Of a stretch of DNA of 64,000 nt, positions 21,908-31,586 are shown in pieces. The notes under the pieces are model-generated. The model did no database searches and was not told where the DNA came from. It worked only from the letters and a program-made list of their open reading frames with translations. The position numbers and the translations under genes are program-made. Within the stretch, counting starts at the first letter, position 1. Each line of letters starts with the position of its first letter. Origin of the DNA: an uncultured Acidobacteriota bacterium (GTDB taxonomy: Bacteria > Acidobacteriota > Thermoanaerobaculia > UBA5066 > Gp7-AA6); NCBI GenBank assembly GCA_963764715.1, contig CAVXTP010000022.1, positions 608,001 to 672,000 of the forward strand, in the 5' to 3' direction.

Positions 21908-23389
21908 TTACCCCTTCTGGATCAGGGTCCGGACGAGGCGGTCCTGGTAGGCGTGCCCACGGGACTCGCTGACGCCGGGCCCGTTGAGCAGGATGGCGAA
22001 GGCGTAGGTTTTCCCGGAGCCCGCCTGGGCATAGCCGGCGAGGGTCGAGACGCCGTTGAGGGTGCCCGTCTTGGCCGTCACCTGGCCCCGGCTGCGGCTG
22101 TCGAGCAGGCGGCCCCGGAGGGACCCGTCGGCCTCGCCCGAGATGGCCAGGGTCGACCGCCAGAGCGCCCCCTGGGGGTGGCTGTTCATGGCCTTGAGGA
22201 AGCTGACGAGGTCCCCGGCCGAGACCCGGTTGTTCGCAGAGAGGCCCGACCCGTCGCGCAGCTCGAACCGCTCGGCGTCGAGGCCGAGGCCGGCCAGGAA
22301 CTGTTTCTCGAGGGACAGGGCGCCGGTCCAGCTCCCCTTCCCCGTCTTCTCGTAGGCGAGAGTCTTGAAGATCTGCTCGGCGTAGAAGCTCTGGCTGCGC
22401 TTGTTGGCGATCGAGAGCGTCGGGAGGATGTCGGACTCGGTCGTCGCCACCAGCAGCCAGGCGTTGTCGGCCGGCACGGCGCGCTCGACGACGTTGCCCG
22501 TCAGCTCGATTCCCGCCGCGCGCAGGCGGCTGCGCAGCGCCGCTCCGAAGAACTTCGGCGGATCGTCGATGGCGAGCGGCGCGGCCCAGCGGAAGTAGCG
22601 GGCGGGCACGGTCCCCGAGACCGTCACCACGTCCGAGCCGCTCGGGCGCGCGACGGCGATTCGCACCTTGCCGCCCTTGCCGACCGTGCGCGCCCGGGCG
22701 AGCGCCTGCACGATGTCGGTGTCGGGATCGATCGTGACGCTCGCCGGAGCGCCCGGAATGGCGCCGCGGCCGACCGAGACCACGACCACGTTGTCGTTGT
22801 ACGAGAGGGCCGAGATCGGGGCCTGGTACCAGCGCGAATCCCGCTCCGGCGGCCAGTCCGGATGGCGGTATTCCTCGTCGAACGAGCTCGCGTTGAGGAT
22901 CAGGTCGCCCGTGACCCGCATGATGCCGGCCTGGCGCAGTCCCGCGGCCCACTTGTCGAAGATGGCGAACGAATCATCGTCGTAGAAGCGCCCGGAGATG
23001 TTGGGGTCTCCGCCGCCGACGACGAGGAGCGAGCCGAGCAGGTTTCCGTCCTTGATGTCGCCGCGGCGCCAGAAGGTCGTCCGGAACTTGTAGCTCGGCC
23101 CGAGATAGTGCAGCGCCGTCGCGGTCGAAATCATCTTCGTGACCGAGGCGATCGTTTCCGGCGTCGACGGGTTGCGCTCGAAGACGATCTCGCCCGTCGC
23201 GAGATCCGCGACGGCGATCGAGACGCCCGACTTCCTTGCCGGCGGACGGAAGGCGGCGCTCTCGAGCGCCGAGCGCAGCGACGGGGCTTCCTTCGTCGTG
23301 CGAGTCCGCGCCGAAAGCGGCGAAACGAGGAGCAGGAGGACGGCGTGGAGCGCCGCAACGCGGACGTATCTGCGCGCAGCGCTCGTCAC
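21908..23389 (-). CDS. dacB: D-Ala-D-Ala carboxypeptidase/endopeptidase PBP4 (peptidase S13)
   Basis: Signal peptide, ASVTK (SxxK), GGGDP, DGSGLS, KTGT; SxN appears as SQS. Confidence 0.88.
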   Translation of the reverse strand: MTSAARRYVRVAALHAVLLLLVSPLSARTRTTKEAPSLRSALESAAFRPPARKSGVSIAVADLATGEIVFERNPSTPETIASVTKMISTATALHYLGPSYKFRTTFWRRGDIKDGNLLGSLLVVGGGDPNISGRFYDDDSFAIFDKWAAGLRQAGIMRVTGDLILNASSFDEEYRHPDWPPERDSRWYQAPISALSYNDNVVVVSVGRGAIPGAPASVTIDPDTDIVQALARARTVGKGGKVRIAVARPSGSDVVTVSGTVPARYFRWAAPLAIDDPPKFFGAALRSRLRAAGIELTGNVVERAVPADNAWLLVATTESDILPTLSIANKRSQSFYAEQIFKTLAYEKTGKGSWTGALSLEKQFLAGLGLDAERFELRDGSGLSANNRVSAGDLVSFLKAMNSHPQGALWRSTLAISGEADGSLRGRLLDSRSRGQVTAKTGTLNGVSTLAGYAQAGSGKTYAFAILLNGPGVSESRGHAYQDRLVRTLIQKG

Positions 23390-23395
23390 TCTGAA

Positions 23396-23403
23396 ATTAT
23401 AAT
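23396..23403. promoter_or_regulatory. Overlapping back-to-back -10 boxes (ATTATAAT) between dacB and the helicase
   Basis: TATAAT on + at 23398-23403 and on - at 23401-23396, each 6-7 nt from a start codon. Confidence 0.6.
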
Positions 23404-23410
23404 CGACAGG

Positions 23411-25804
23411 TTGCGCTTTGACGAGGAATCCCGCGTCTTCGAAATCTCCGTGCGAGAGCTGGCGGAAGACGAGGGATTCCGCCGGGTCGGGTTCGACCGC
23501 GGCGACGGCTGGCGGCGCCTCGGTCTCGGCAGCCAGATCCACAGCCGTGTCCTCGCCGAGAGACAGGTCATTCACCCGTCCTACCGCTGCGAGGTCCACC
23601 TCGAGGCCCGGATCCCGGTCGAGGAGTGGACCGCCGTCCTGACCGGCCGCCTCGACGGCTGCATCGAGCGTGAGCCGGGTCACTGGCTGATCGAAGAGCT
23701 CAAGTCGACGAACCTCTCGGTCGACGGCGTCCGGCCCCAGGGCTACGCCTTCGAGCGCGACCGGCGGCAGCTCCTCGGCTACTGCTACCTCTGGAAGCGG
23801 CTGGGTCACGGACGGGTCGCCGGGGCGGTCGTCTACGTCGACATCGAGACGGGCGAGGAGCTTTCGCTGCAGGTCCCCTTCGACGAGGACGTCGAGCGGG
23901 AGGTCGAGCGCCGGCTCGCGCGGGCCCTCGGCATCTGGCGGGGGCAACAGGTCGTCCGCCAGCGCAAGGCGGCGGCGGCCGAGAGGCTCCCCTTCCCGCA
24001 CGCGGCGCCGCGGCCCGGCCAGGAACGGATGATCGAAGCCGTGCGCCGGGCGGTGCAGAACCGGGAGCACCTCCTGGCCGAGGCCCCGACGGGCTCGGGC
24101 AAGACCGCGGCGGCGCTCCACCCGGCGCTCGCGGAAGGCCTCGCGAGCGGCCGGCAGGTCGTGTTCCTCACGTCGAAGACGCTGCAGCAGAAGATGGCGG
24201 TCTCCGCGCTCGTGTCCATGAACGAACGGGCGTTTCACACCGTCCAGATCCGCGCCAAGGAACGAATGTGCGCCAACGACCGGATCATCTGCCATGAGGA
24301 CTTCTGCCGTTTCGCCCGGGGCTACCCCGAGAAGATGGAGCGCTCGAATCTCCTCGGGCGCCTTCGCGAGACCTACTCCCACCACGAGCCGGACGTCGTC
24401 TTCGAGGAGGCGCGCCGGGAGGAGGTCTGCCCCTTCGAGGTCCAGCTCGAGCTCGCCCACCGCGCCGACGCGATCGTGGCCGACTACAACTACGTGTTCG
24501 AGCCGGCCGCCGCCCTGCGGCACCTGACGGGCGAGGACCTGCGCGAAGCGATCCTCCTCGTCGACGAGGCCCACAACCTCCCGGACCGGGCGCGGCAGAT
24601 CTTTTCGCCCGAGATCCTCGAGTCCGACCTCGCCACGCTCCGCAACCGGCTGGTTCTCCAGCCCGGAGAGCTCTTCGCCGACATCGTGGCCTCGATCGAC
24701 GACCTCGCCGCCATCCTCGCCGAGTGCGCCGAGGACCTGCCCGAGGGCGAGGCGATCGCCGAGGTCGACCCGCCCCGCGAGGCGTTGCTCGAGCTGCGCG
24801 CGGCCTGGGAGCAGAAGCTGATGCGCTACCTCGCGTGGAAGCGCGAGACGCGCCTGGCGCTCGTCGACGACCCGGTCCTGGATTTCCACTTCACCCTGCA
24901 GCGGTTCGTCGCCGTCCTCTCGATGCTCGGCCCGGACTTTTCGACCGTCGTCGAGCGGCGCTCCTCCGGCATCCGGCTCGCCCTCGTCTGTCTCGACCCG
25001 GCGCGGCCTCTCTCCTCGATCTTCCGGGAAACCTCCTCCGCGGTCCTCCTCTCGGCGACGCTGACGCCCCCCGAGAACATCCGCCGCGTCCTGGGCCTCG
25101 AGGCCGACCGCACGTCCTCGATCTCGCTGCCGCCGCCCTTCCCGCCCGAGAACCGCAAGGTGATGATCGTGCCCTGGGTCCGCACGACCTACACCGCGCG
25201 CGAGCGCAATTACGGCCGGATCGCGACGCTCCTCGGCGAGATGTCCGACGCGCACGGCGGAAACGACCTCGTGCTCTTTCCGTCCTACCGGTTTCTGACC
25301 GAGGTCGCCTCGCGGATGCCCCCGACCCGCTCGTGTCTCCTGGTCCAGCGCCCCGACCTGACGGACTTCGAGCGCCAGCAGCTGCTCGGGGCGCTCGCCT
25401 CGCCGCCGCCGGGCGGCACGCTTCTCTTCGCGGTCTCGGGTGGAATGTACGCCGAGGGCGTCGACTATCCGGGGGACCTGCTCTCGGCCGTCTTCGTCGT
25501 CTCGCCCGCCCTCCCCCAGGTTTCGTTCGAGCGGGAGCTCCTTCGCCGCTACTTCGAGGACCAGGAGGAGGCGGGCTTCGACTACGCCTACCTGCAGCCC
25601 GGGATGACGCGCGTCGTGCAGGCCGCCGGCCGCCTGATCCGCAGCGAGACCGACCGCGGCGTCATCGCGCTCGTGTGCGCGCGCTTCATGGAGGAGCCTT
25701 ACGTGAGCCGGCTTCCCCGCGACTGGTACGACGAGACTCCCTCCGAGCTCGTCACGCGGCGGCCCGCCGAAGAGATCCGGGAGTTTTTCGAGAGGTACGG
25801 ATGA
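23411..25804 (+). CDS. Rad3/XPD/DinG-family Fe-S helicase with N-terminal PD-(D/E)xK nuclease domain
   Basis: GSQIH, GRLDG, EELKS, QLLGY nuclease motifs; APTGSGKT, four Fe-S Cys, DEAH, SATL, EGVD, QAAGRLIR; TTG start inferred. Confidence 0.88.
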   Translation: MRFDEESRVFEISVRELAEDEGFRRVGFDRGDGWRRLGLGSQIHSRVLAERQVIHPSYRCEVHLEARIPVEEWTAVLTGRLDGCIEREPGHWLIEELKSTNLSVDGVRPQGYAFERDRRQLLGYCYLWKRLGHGRVAGAVVYVDIETGEELSLQVPFDEDVEREVERRLARALGIWRGQQVVRQRKAAAAERLPFPHAAPRPGQERMIEAVRRAVQNREHLLAEAPTGSGKTAAALHPALAEGLASGRQVVFLTSKTLQQKMAVSALVSMNERAFHTVQIRAKERMCANDRIICHEDFCRFARGYPEKMERSNLLGRLRETYSHHEPDVVFEEARREEVCPFEVQLELAHRADAIVADYNYVFEPAAALRHLTGEDLREAILLVDEAHNLPDRARQIFSPEILESDLATLRNRLVLQPGELFADIVASIDDLAAILAECAEDLPEGEAIAEVDPPREALLELRAAWEQKLMRYLAWKRETRLALVDDPVLDFHFTLQRFVAVLSMLGPDFSTVVERRSSGIRLALVCLDPARPLSSIFRETSSAVLLSATLTPPENIRRVLGLEADRTSSISLPPPFPPENRKVMIVPWVRTTYTARERNYGRIATLLGEMSDAHGGNDLVLFPSYRFLTEVASRMPPTRSCLLVQRPDLTDFERQQLLGALASPPPGGTLLFAVSGGMYAEGVDYPGDLLSAVFVVSPALPQVSFERELLRRYFEDQEEAGFDYAYLQPGMTRVVQAAGRLIRSETDRGVIALVCARFMEEPYVSRLPRDWYDETPSELVTRRPAEEIREFFERYG

Positions 25805-26247
25805 CGAACCCTTACACGAAGAAGCGCATGCCCCGCCTCACGGTCGACTCCTGGATCCGCGACCGACGCGGCCGGGTCCTGCTCGTCCAGCGAGGCCGGC
25901 CGCCTTTCCAGGGACGCTGGGGCCTGCCCGGCGGATTCTGCGAGTGGAAGGAGACGACGGAACAGTGCTGCGCGCGCGAGACGCTCGAGGAGACGGGCCT
26001 GCGCGTCCGGGTCGGCGAGCTCCTCGGCGTCTACTCCCGTCCCGACCGCGATCCCCGCGGCCACAACGTCACGGTCCTCTACCGCGCCACGCCGCGCTCG
26101 GGCCGGGCCAAAGGGGGCGACGACGCCGCCGACGCCCGCTGGTTCACGCCGCGCGAGATTTCCCGCGTGAAGTTCGCCTTCGACCATCGCCAGATCGTGC
26201 GGGAGCAGCTCGCCCGCGACCGCCGGCGAAAGCGCCGCCGCTCCTAG
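25801..26247 (+). CDS. NUDIX hydrolase
   Basis: WGLPGGF...ETTEQCCARETLEETGL Nudix box, RDPRGH, AFDH. Confidence 0.88.
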   Translation: MTNPYTKKRMPRLTVDSWIRDRRGRVLLVQRGRPPFQGRWGLPGGFCEWKETTEQCCARETLEETGLRVRVGELLGVYSRPDRDPRGHNVTVLYRATPRSGRAKGGDDAADARWFTPREISRVKFAFDHRQIVREQLARDRRRKRRRS

Positions 26248-26263
26248 GGCCGCGCCGGGGGGA

Positions 26264-27337
26264 TCAGTCGCGCCGGAGCCGGCCGGTGTCGAGCGTGGCG
26301 GAGAAGGCTTTCGCGAGCACGCCTTCGTCGGTGACGGCCCAGACGGTGTACCGGTAGAACGTGTCCGGCGCGGCCGCGGTGTCGACGAAGGCGTAGCCGA
26401 AGGAGTCGGGCGCTCTCTCGGAGGACGGCACGAGCTCGGGCCCCGTCCGCGCGACGCGGCCGTCCGCCAGGACCTCCTCGCGGAACACGGCCCAGCCCCA
26501 GATTCCGTCGTGGGAGGCCGTGGTCCACGTCAGCCGGGGACCTCCGCTACCCGCCGTGGCGCGGGCCTCGAGCCGCGAGAACGGCGCGCTGGCGTCGCGC
26601 ACGCAGTCGACCGGCGCCCGCAGGCCCACCACCCCCTGGTCGCTGCCCGCGACGACGAAATCGACGCGCGCGACTCCCGAGAGGGGAATCGTCCGCCGGT
26701 CCCCGCCGGCGAAGAAGACGACGTCCGGCGGCAGCGCCCGGTCCACGTACCGCACGACGGCCGCCGCGTCGGCCCCGTCCGGCGGCCAGGCGAGAACCAG
26801 CGAGTCGGTTTCACCGTCGGGGAGGATCGAGCGGTGGCGCACCGAGAGCGCGGGGGGAGGCGCGGCATCGAGCGCCCCGGCCTCGACGTCGGCGAGCTTC
26901 AGGCGCGAGGGTGACGCCTCGGGCTCGAGCGACACGAAGAGACGCGTGGCCGCGCGGAGAAGAAGGCGCGCGTCGTTTCGCGCGAAATCCGTGACCAGCC
27001 GCGCCAGTGCGTCCTTCGGCTTCTCTCCGCCGGAAGCCGCCTCTTCGCGCGCGCGACGCCAGAGGCCGCCGCCGCCGGCCGAGAGCGCCGCCTCCTGGAC
27101 CCAGAGCCGCCCGAGCGCCGCCGGGTGGGCCCGGAAATCGATGAGAGGCGCCGCGGCGAGCGTCCAGAGGTCGTCGCCGGAGGCGGCGCGTGAAGACGCG
27201 TCGCCCACGAAAGCCTCGACCGCCTGGTCGACGAAGGCCGGATCGGGATCGGCCGGCGCCGGGGTGACGGCCCGAGCGGCCTCGCATCCCAGGAGGACGC
27301 CGGCGAGGAAGAGGCCGGACGGGCGCAATCGGACCAT
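26264..27337 (-). CDS. Hypothetical secreted protein with C-terminal Fn3/Ig-like domain
   Basis: Signal-like N-terminus; LTWTT...GWAVFRE...YAFVD...YRYTVWAV pattern. Confidence 0.6.
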   Translation of the reverse strand: MVRLRPSGLFLAGVLLGCEAARAVTPAPADPDPAFVDQAVEAFVGDASSRAASGDDLWTLAAAPLIDFRAHPAALGRLWVQEAALSAGGGGLWRRAREEAASGGEKPKDALARLVTDFARNDARLLLRAATRLFVSLEPEASPSRLKLADVEAGALDAAPPPALSVRHRSILPDGETDSLVLAWPPDGADAAAVVRYVDRALPPDVVFFAGGDRRTIPLSGVARVDFVVAGSDQGVVGLRAPVDCVRDASAPFSRLEARATAGSGGPRLTWTTASHDGIWGWAVFREEVLADGRVARTGPELVPSSERAPDSFGYAFVDTAAAPDTFYRYTVWAVTDEGVLAKAFSATLDTGRLRRD

Positions 27338-27406
27338 TTCCTGAGGGTAGCCCCCGGACGAGAGATCGTCAACCGTTGTACGGATTTGCGGGCGGAGGCG
27401 TCGCCT

Positions 27407-28249
27407 CTACTTCAGGACCTTCTCCGAAACGTCCGCCTTGACGACTTTCTGCACGCGGTCGACCTTCTCGAGGGTCGCGCGGCCGGGGATGCGGACGTAG
27501 ACCACCGTGATGTTGTCGACCCCGCCCTTCTCGTTGGCGAGATCCACGAGGCCCTGGCACAGCGCCTCCGCCGTCCGCGTCTCGTCGACGGCGATCGAGT
27601 CGCGGATCTCCTCGTCGGAGAGCATCGTCGTCAGTCCGTCGGAGCAGAACAGGAAGGCGTCCCCGCGCGAGAACTCCATCTCGCGCAGGTCGGGGGCGAC
27701 CGACGGGCCGCCGCCGAGCGCCCGCGTCACCACGTTCTTGAGCGGATGGGTCTTCGCTTCCTCCTCCGTGAGGATGCCGGCGGAAACCTGCTCGTGGACC
27801 CAGGAGTGGTCGTCGGTCAGGCGCGTCAGCTCGCCGGCGCGGTAGAGGTACGCGCGGCTGTCGCCGACGTGCGCGAGCGACAGGATCTTTTCGTTGAGGA
27901 GGCCCGCGACCACGGTCGTGCCCATCCCCTTGAGCCAGGGCTGGGCGGCGACGGCCGACATCACGCGCTCGTTCGCCTTCTCGATCGCGATCGCCAGCCG
28001 GTTACTGTTGAAGTGAAGCTCGTGGTTGTACTTGAACGGCCACGTCGCCTCTTCCTTCTGGCGCGTGGCGGCGATGAACTCCCCGATCGTCTCGACGGTG
28101 ATCTTCGCGGCGACTTCGCCGGCGGCGTGGCCGCCCATGCCGTCGGCCACGATGAAGAGGCCCTCGCTTTCGTCGAGCGCGTAGGCGTCCTCGTTGTGCT
28201 TGCGCTTCTTGCCGACGTCCGTCAGGCCATACGCGTCGATCTGGGCCAT
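27407..28249 (-). CDS. PP2C-type Ser/Thr protein phosphatase (Stp1/PrpC family)
   Basis: NED, VADGMGGH, MGTT, HVGDSRAY, CSDGL, DNIT. Confidence 0.93.
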   Translation of the reverse strand: MAQIDAYGLTDVGKKRKHNEDAYALDESEGLFIVADGMGGHAAGEVAAKITVETIGEFIAATRQKEEATWPFKYNHELHFNSNRLAIAIEKANERVMSAVAAQPWLKGMGTTVVAGLLNEKILSLAHVGDSRAYLYRAGELTRLTDDHSWVHEQVSAGILTEEEAKTHPLKNVVTRALGGGPSVAPDLREMEFSRGDAFLFCSDGLTTMLSDEEIRDSIAVDETRTAEALCQGLVDLANEKGGVDNITVVYVRIPGRATLEKVDRVQKVVKADVSEKVLK

Positions 28250-28257
28250 CGTCGGCA

Positions 28258-28881
28258 CTACCCTTTGCCTGCCCGCTGCACGCGAACCTCTTCGAGCGCC
28301 TTGCGCGCGTCGCCCGCCGACGGGTCCCATCGCAGGGCCTCCTGGTAGGCCTTCTCGGCCTTCAGGAGCAGGCCTGCCTGGCGGAAGATCGCCCCCGCGT
28401 CCTTGAGCATCCCGCCATTGTGAGGCTCGATCGACAGGGCGGTCTCGATCGCCTTGACCGCCGCCCGCATGTCGCCGGCGCGGGCCGAAGCCAGCCCGAG
28501 GTAATGCTGGGCCTTCACGTCCCGGGGATTGCGGTGCACGGCGAGCTGGAAGTTGCCCGCCGCCTCCGCGAACTTGCGCTCCTTGTAGGCGGCGATGCCC
28601 TGGGAAACGTAGTTCTGCGACACGGCGTCGCCCCCGATCTCCGGCGCGCTTCGCGCGGCCGCGAGGTCGAAGTCGTAGGCTTTTCGTCTTTCGGGGCTCG
28701 TCAGCACGTTCACTGCCTCGGTCAGATCCTGAAACTTGGCTTCCGCCTCGGCCTTTCGCGCCGCCGGTGCCCGGTCCGGATGGGCCTCTCTCGCCAGCGA
28801 CCGAAACCGTTCCCGGATTTCGGCTTCACTGGCGTCCCTCGGTACACCGAGGAGCGCGTAATAATCAGCTTCTCGCGACAT
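28258..28881 (-). CDS. J-domain (DnaJ) plus TPR protein
   Basis: DYYALLGV, HPD motif, followed by TPRs. Confidence 0.88.
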   Translation of the reverse strand: MSREADYYALLGVPRDASEAEIRERFRSLAREAHPDRAPAARKAEAEAKFQDLTEAVNVLTSPERRKAYDFDLAAARSAPEIGGDAVSQNYVSQGIAAYKERKFAEAAGNFQLAVHRNPRDVKAQHYLGLASARAGDMRAAVKAIETALSIEPHNGGMLKDAGAIFRQAGLLLKAEKAYQEALRWDPSAGDARKALEEVRVQRAGKG

Positions 28882-28990
28882 CGTGGGAGCCCTTCAAGCG
28901 CGCGACGGAAATTTTCAACGAAGGTTAACATACGGGAAAGACGGCCCCCCCGGCAAGCGCCGGCGGCCCGGCGCGCCTCGCCGATCCGCT

Positions 28991-30082
28991 TCACCCTCTC
29001 TTTTCGAACAGGATTTTTCGTGCCGCCAGCCGGATCCCCTCGGGGAGGTTGCGGTCCCGGCCGATGTTCCGCAGGTCGCGCATGCCGAGGAACTTGACCA
29101 GCGGAAGGGTGATCGAGAGAGGAACGGCGGGGTTCATGACGAGGGCGAGCTGAATGCGGGGCTTCTTGACCCACTCCCGCGTCGTCGCCACCTCGTGGAA
29201 GATCTCGGTGGCGAGGTGGCGCATCGAGCAGAACGTCTCGATTTCGGCCTGCGACAGCGACTCGCAGTTCAGGACGGCCATGCTCACGATCTTGTTGGCG
29301 TCGCCGATCAGGATCCGCCGCTCCTCCTTGTTGCCTTTCTGGGCGAGTTCGACCTTCTCCTTCACGGTCATCATGGAGATGCGCCTGTAGATGGCGCCCA
29401 GTCCCGCGTCCTCCTCCGGAGCGGGCTCCGCGGACTCCCCGGGCTCCGCCGCGCCGGCGACGGGCTCCTCCTCCGCCTCGTCGAAGACGATTCCCTGCTC
29501 CTCCTGGCGTGCCCGGCGCTCTTCCTCCTCGCGCCGGCGTCGCTCCTGCTCGCGCCGGCGCTCCTCCTTTTCGAAGAACTCCTCGCGCATCTCGGCGAGC
29601 CGACGCCGGCCGTCCGCGGTCAGGCCCGGGTTGGCGAGGAGGGCGTCGATCAGCGCCGGCTGACGGATCAGCCGCACGTGGTTGACGATCAGCGCCTCCT
29701 GCGGGTCACCGCTGAGGGTCGCGGCGAGCCGGAGGAGAGTCGCGTCCGCGGTGTCCGGGTGGCGGACGATCTCCTCGAGGACGAACGGGTCATCGCTGAT
29801 GCGGCTGACGGTGTCGAGCTCGGTTTCCGTCGGATGCGACTCGTCGAGGAACCGGACGATGTCGTCCGGCGGGAGCGAAGCGAAGGTCTCGATCGCCGGG
29901 GCGCCGATGCCGGGGTCTTCGTCCGTCACGACTGCCAGCAGCGCGCGGAGTCGGTCGTCGCGCTCGAGCGGCAGCAGGCCGCGGGCGGCGAAGATCCGGA
30001 GGTCCCGGGGCGCGTCGGGCGAACGGACGAGGGAGACGAGGTCCTGGGGCTCGGCCGCGGGTGGGGGCTCGGGTTCGGCCAA
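28991..30082 (-). CDS. Hypothetical HEAT/LRV-like helical protein with charged linker
   Basis: AARGLLPL, LLANP, KVELAQKGNKEERRILI, LVMNP repeats; Glu/Arg-rich coil. Confidence 0.7.
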   Translation of the reverse strand: MAEPEPPPAAEPQDLVSLVRSPDAPRDLRIFAARGLLPLERDDRLRALLAVVTDEDPGIGAPAIETFASLPPDDIVRFLDESHPTETELDTVSRISDDPFVLEEIVRHPDTADATLLRLAATLSGDPQEALIVNHVRLIRQPALIDALLANPGLTADGRRRLAEMREEFFEKEERRREQERRRREEEERRARQEEQGIVFDEAEEEPVAGAAEPGESAEPAPEEDAGLGAIYRRISMMTVKEKVELAQKGNKEERRILIGDANKIVSMAVLNCESLSQAEIETFCSMRHLATEIFHEVATTREWVKKPRIQLALVMNPAVPLSITLPLVKFLGMRDLRNIGRDRNLPEGIRLAARKILFEKRG

Positions 30083-30097
30083 GCGGGAGCCGGAGAG

Positions 30098-30880
30098 CTA
30101 GCTCTGCAGCCGCGGGTCGGGCACGGGCCGATTCCGGACGACCTGGCCCGCCGCTCCGAGCGGCTCGAGAGCGCGGCCGTCGACCGTGACGCGGACGCCG
30201 CCGGCGTTGCCGAGCGTCAGCCGGAATCCCTCGCGCGCCTCGAACTCGCGCCGGGTGCCGCGGCGAATCAGGCCGGCGAAGACCGGCGTGCCGTCGGCGG
30301 ATACCTCGGTCCACGAGTCCTCGGAGAACTCGAGCGTCATCTTCACGCCCGACGACGTCGGAGCGGGCTCCGCGGGAGCCGGGGATTCGTCCTGGATCCG
30401 CGGCGCCGGACCCGGCGACACGGCCACGTTCTTGAAGCTGACGGGCGCGACGGTCCGCGCCGCCGTCACCGAGCTGGGCGTGCCGCGGCGCTCGGGGCGG
30501 GCGATCAATCCGAGGAGAAGCAGAATTCCCGTGACGCTGACGACGAGCGTGCCGGCGGCTCCGCGGCGCCCGCGGAAGAAGCGGGAGCGCCGGATGCCCT
30601 TCTTCGCTCCCGCGCCGTCGCGGGCCTTGTCCGGAGCGAGGTCCGCCCGATACGCGTTGACCATCTCCTCGGGGTCGAGACCGAGGTGGCGGGAGTAGGA
30701 CCGGATGAACCCGCGGGTGAAGACCGGCGCGGGAAGCTTCTTGACGTCGCTCGACTCGAGGGCCGTCAGGAGGCGGACCGAGATCTTGGTCGCCGAGGAG
30801 ATTTCCTCCAGGGAAACCTCGCGAATGAGCCTCTCCCGGCGGAGTTCTTCTCCGAACGTCAGGATTGGTGTCTCGCCCAT
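30098..30880 (-). CDS. rodZ: RodZ-like protein (HTH, TM, DUF4115)
   Basis: FGEELRRER, TKIS..L.ALE, RGFIRSY, TM helix, LGNAGGV. Confidence 0.8.
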   Translation of the reverse strand: MGETPILTFGEELRRERLIREVSLEEISSATKISVRLLTALESSDVKKLPAPVFTRGFIRSYSRHLGLDPEEMVNAYRADLAPDKARDGAGAKKGIRRSRFFRGRRGAAGTLVVSVTGILLLLGLIARPERRGTPSSVTAARTVAPVSFKNVAVSPGPAPRIQDESPAPAEPAPTSSGVKMTLEFSEDSWTEVSADGTPVFAGLIRRGTRREFEAREGFRLTLGNAGGVRVTVDGRALEPLGAAGQVVRNRPVPDPRLQS

Positions 30881-30911
30881 TCGCTTCTCTCCGGACTGTG
30901 GATCTTTGATG

Positions 30912-31586
30912 CTAGACCTGCGCGGCCCGCTCCGCAAGGACTCTTTCCGCGCAGGCCCGCAGGAGCCGGGACCGTCGCGGCGAATCACGAATTCCCCGAA
31001 GGTCGTCGAGGCTCGCCCGGGAAAGCAGGGTCAGCGCGAGCGCGTCCGGCAGGTTCGGGCTCCGGAGCACGGCGCTTCGAACCCCCGGACGGGCGCCCCA
31101 TCGGGGGTGCCGGACGATCAGATCGAGCGATTCGGCCCTCGCGGAGGGCTGCACGGCGGCCTGGATCACATCCGCCTCGATCGTGAAGCGATTGTCGAGG
31201 ACCGAGGCGAGAACCCTCGGGTCCGGATCCAGGCGCAGCAGGAGAAGCGAGCCGCGGCCGACGTTGCGGGCCAGGTCGACCCTCTCCGCGATCGCCATCT
31301 CGGGGACTCTTCGGAGGATGTCCTGGTCGGCGGCCCGCCGGATGGCGGGATGCACCCGGGCGTCGGCCGAGAGGTGAGCCAGGTCACGCCAGAAGAGGGT
31401 CGAGACGAGCGCGAGGGCCTGCGTGCGGGGCGTGCGGGGGTGGGCCGCCAGGGCCGTTCGCACCGCGTGATGTTTGCGGGCGGCCCGGTCCCCCAGGATG
31501 CTTTCGAGGATCTCCTGCGGAAGGTCGGGCCGGCGCAGGAGCTTCAGCCACTCCCCTTCGGTCCGCATCAGCTCTTCCGGCGGCAC
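30912..31586 (-). CDS. Hypothetical HEAT/LRV-like helical protein
   Basis: ALAAHPRTP, LDNRF, LRSPNLP repeats; overlaps the trpA stop. Confidence 0.65.
   Translation of the reverse strand: MPPEELMRTEGEWLKLLRRPDLPQEILESILGDRAARKHHAVRTALAAHPRTPRTQALALVSTLFWRDLAHLSADARVHPAIRRAADQDILRRVPEMAIAERVDLARNVGRGSLLLLRLDPDPRVLASVLDNRFTIEADVIQAAVQPSARAESLDLIVRHPRWGARPGVRSAVLRSPNLPDALALTLLSRASLDDLRGIRDSPRRSRLLRACAERVLAERAAQV

Noticed and set aside
21647-23410. N-terminal 588 aa of the 1385-aa ORF, suggesting a giant helicase fusion
   Set aside because: It is the antisense frame of dacB; helicase-like sequence starts near TTG 23411.
23411-24000. Cas4-like domain as evidence of a CRISPR or type IV system
   Set aside because: No repeat-spacer array or other cas genes are seen in the window.
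23390-25255. N-terminal extension of the 1115-aa minus ORF on dacB
   Set aside because: Antisense shadow of the helicase; the dacB signal peptide starts at 23389.
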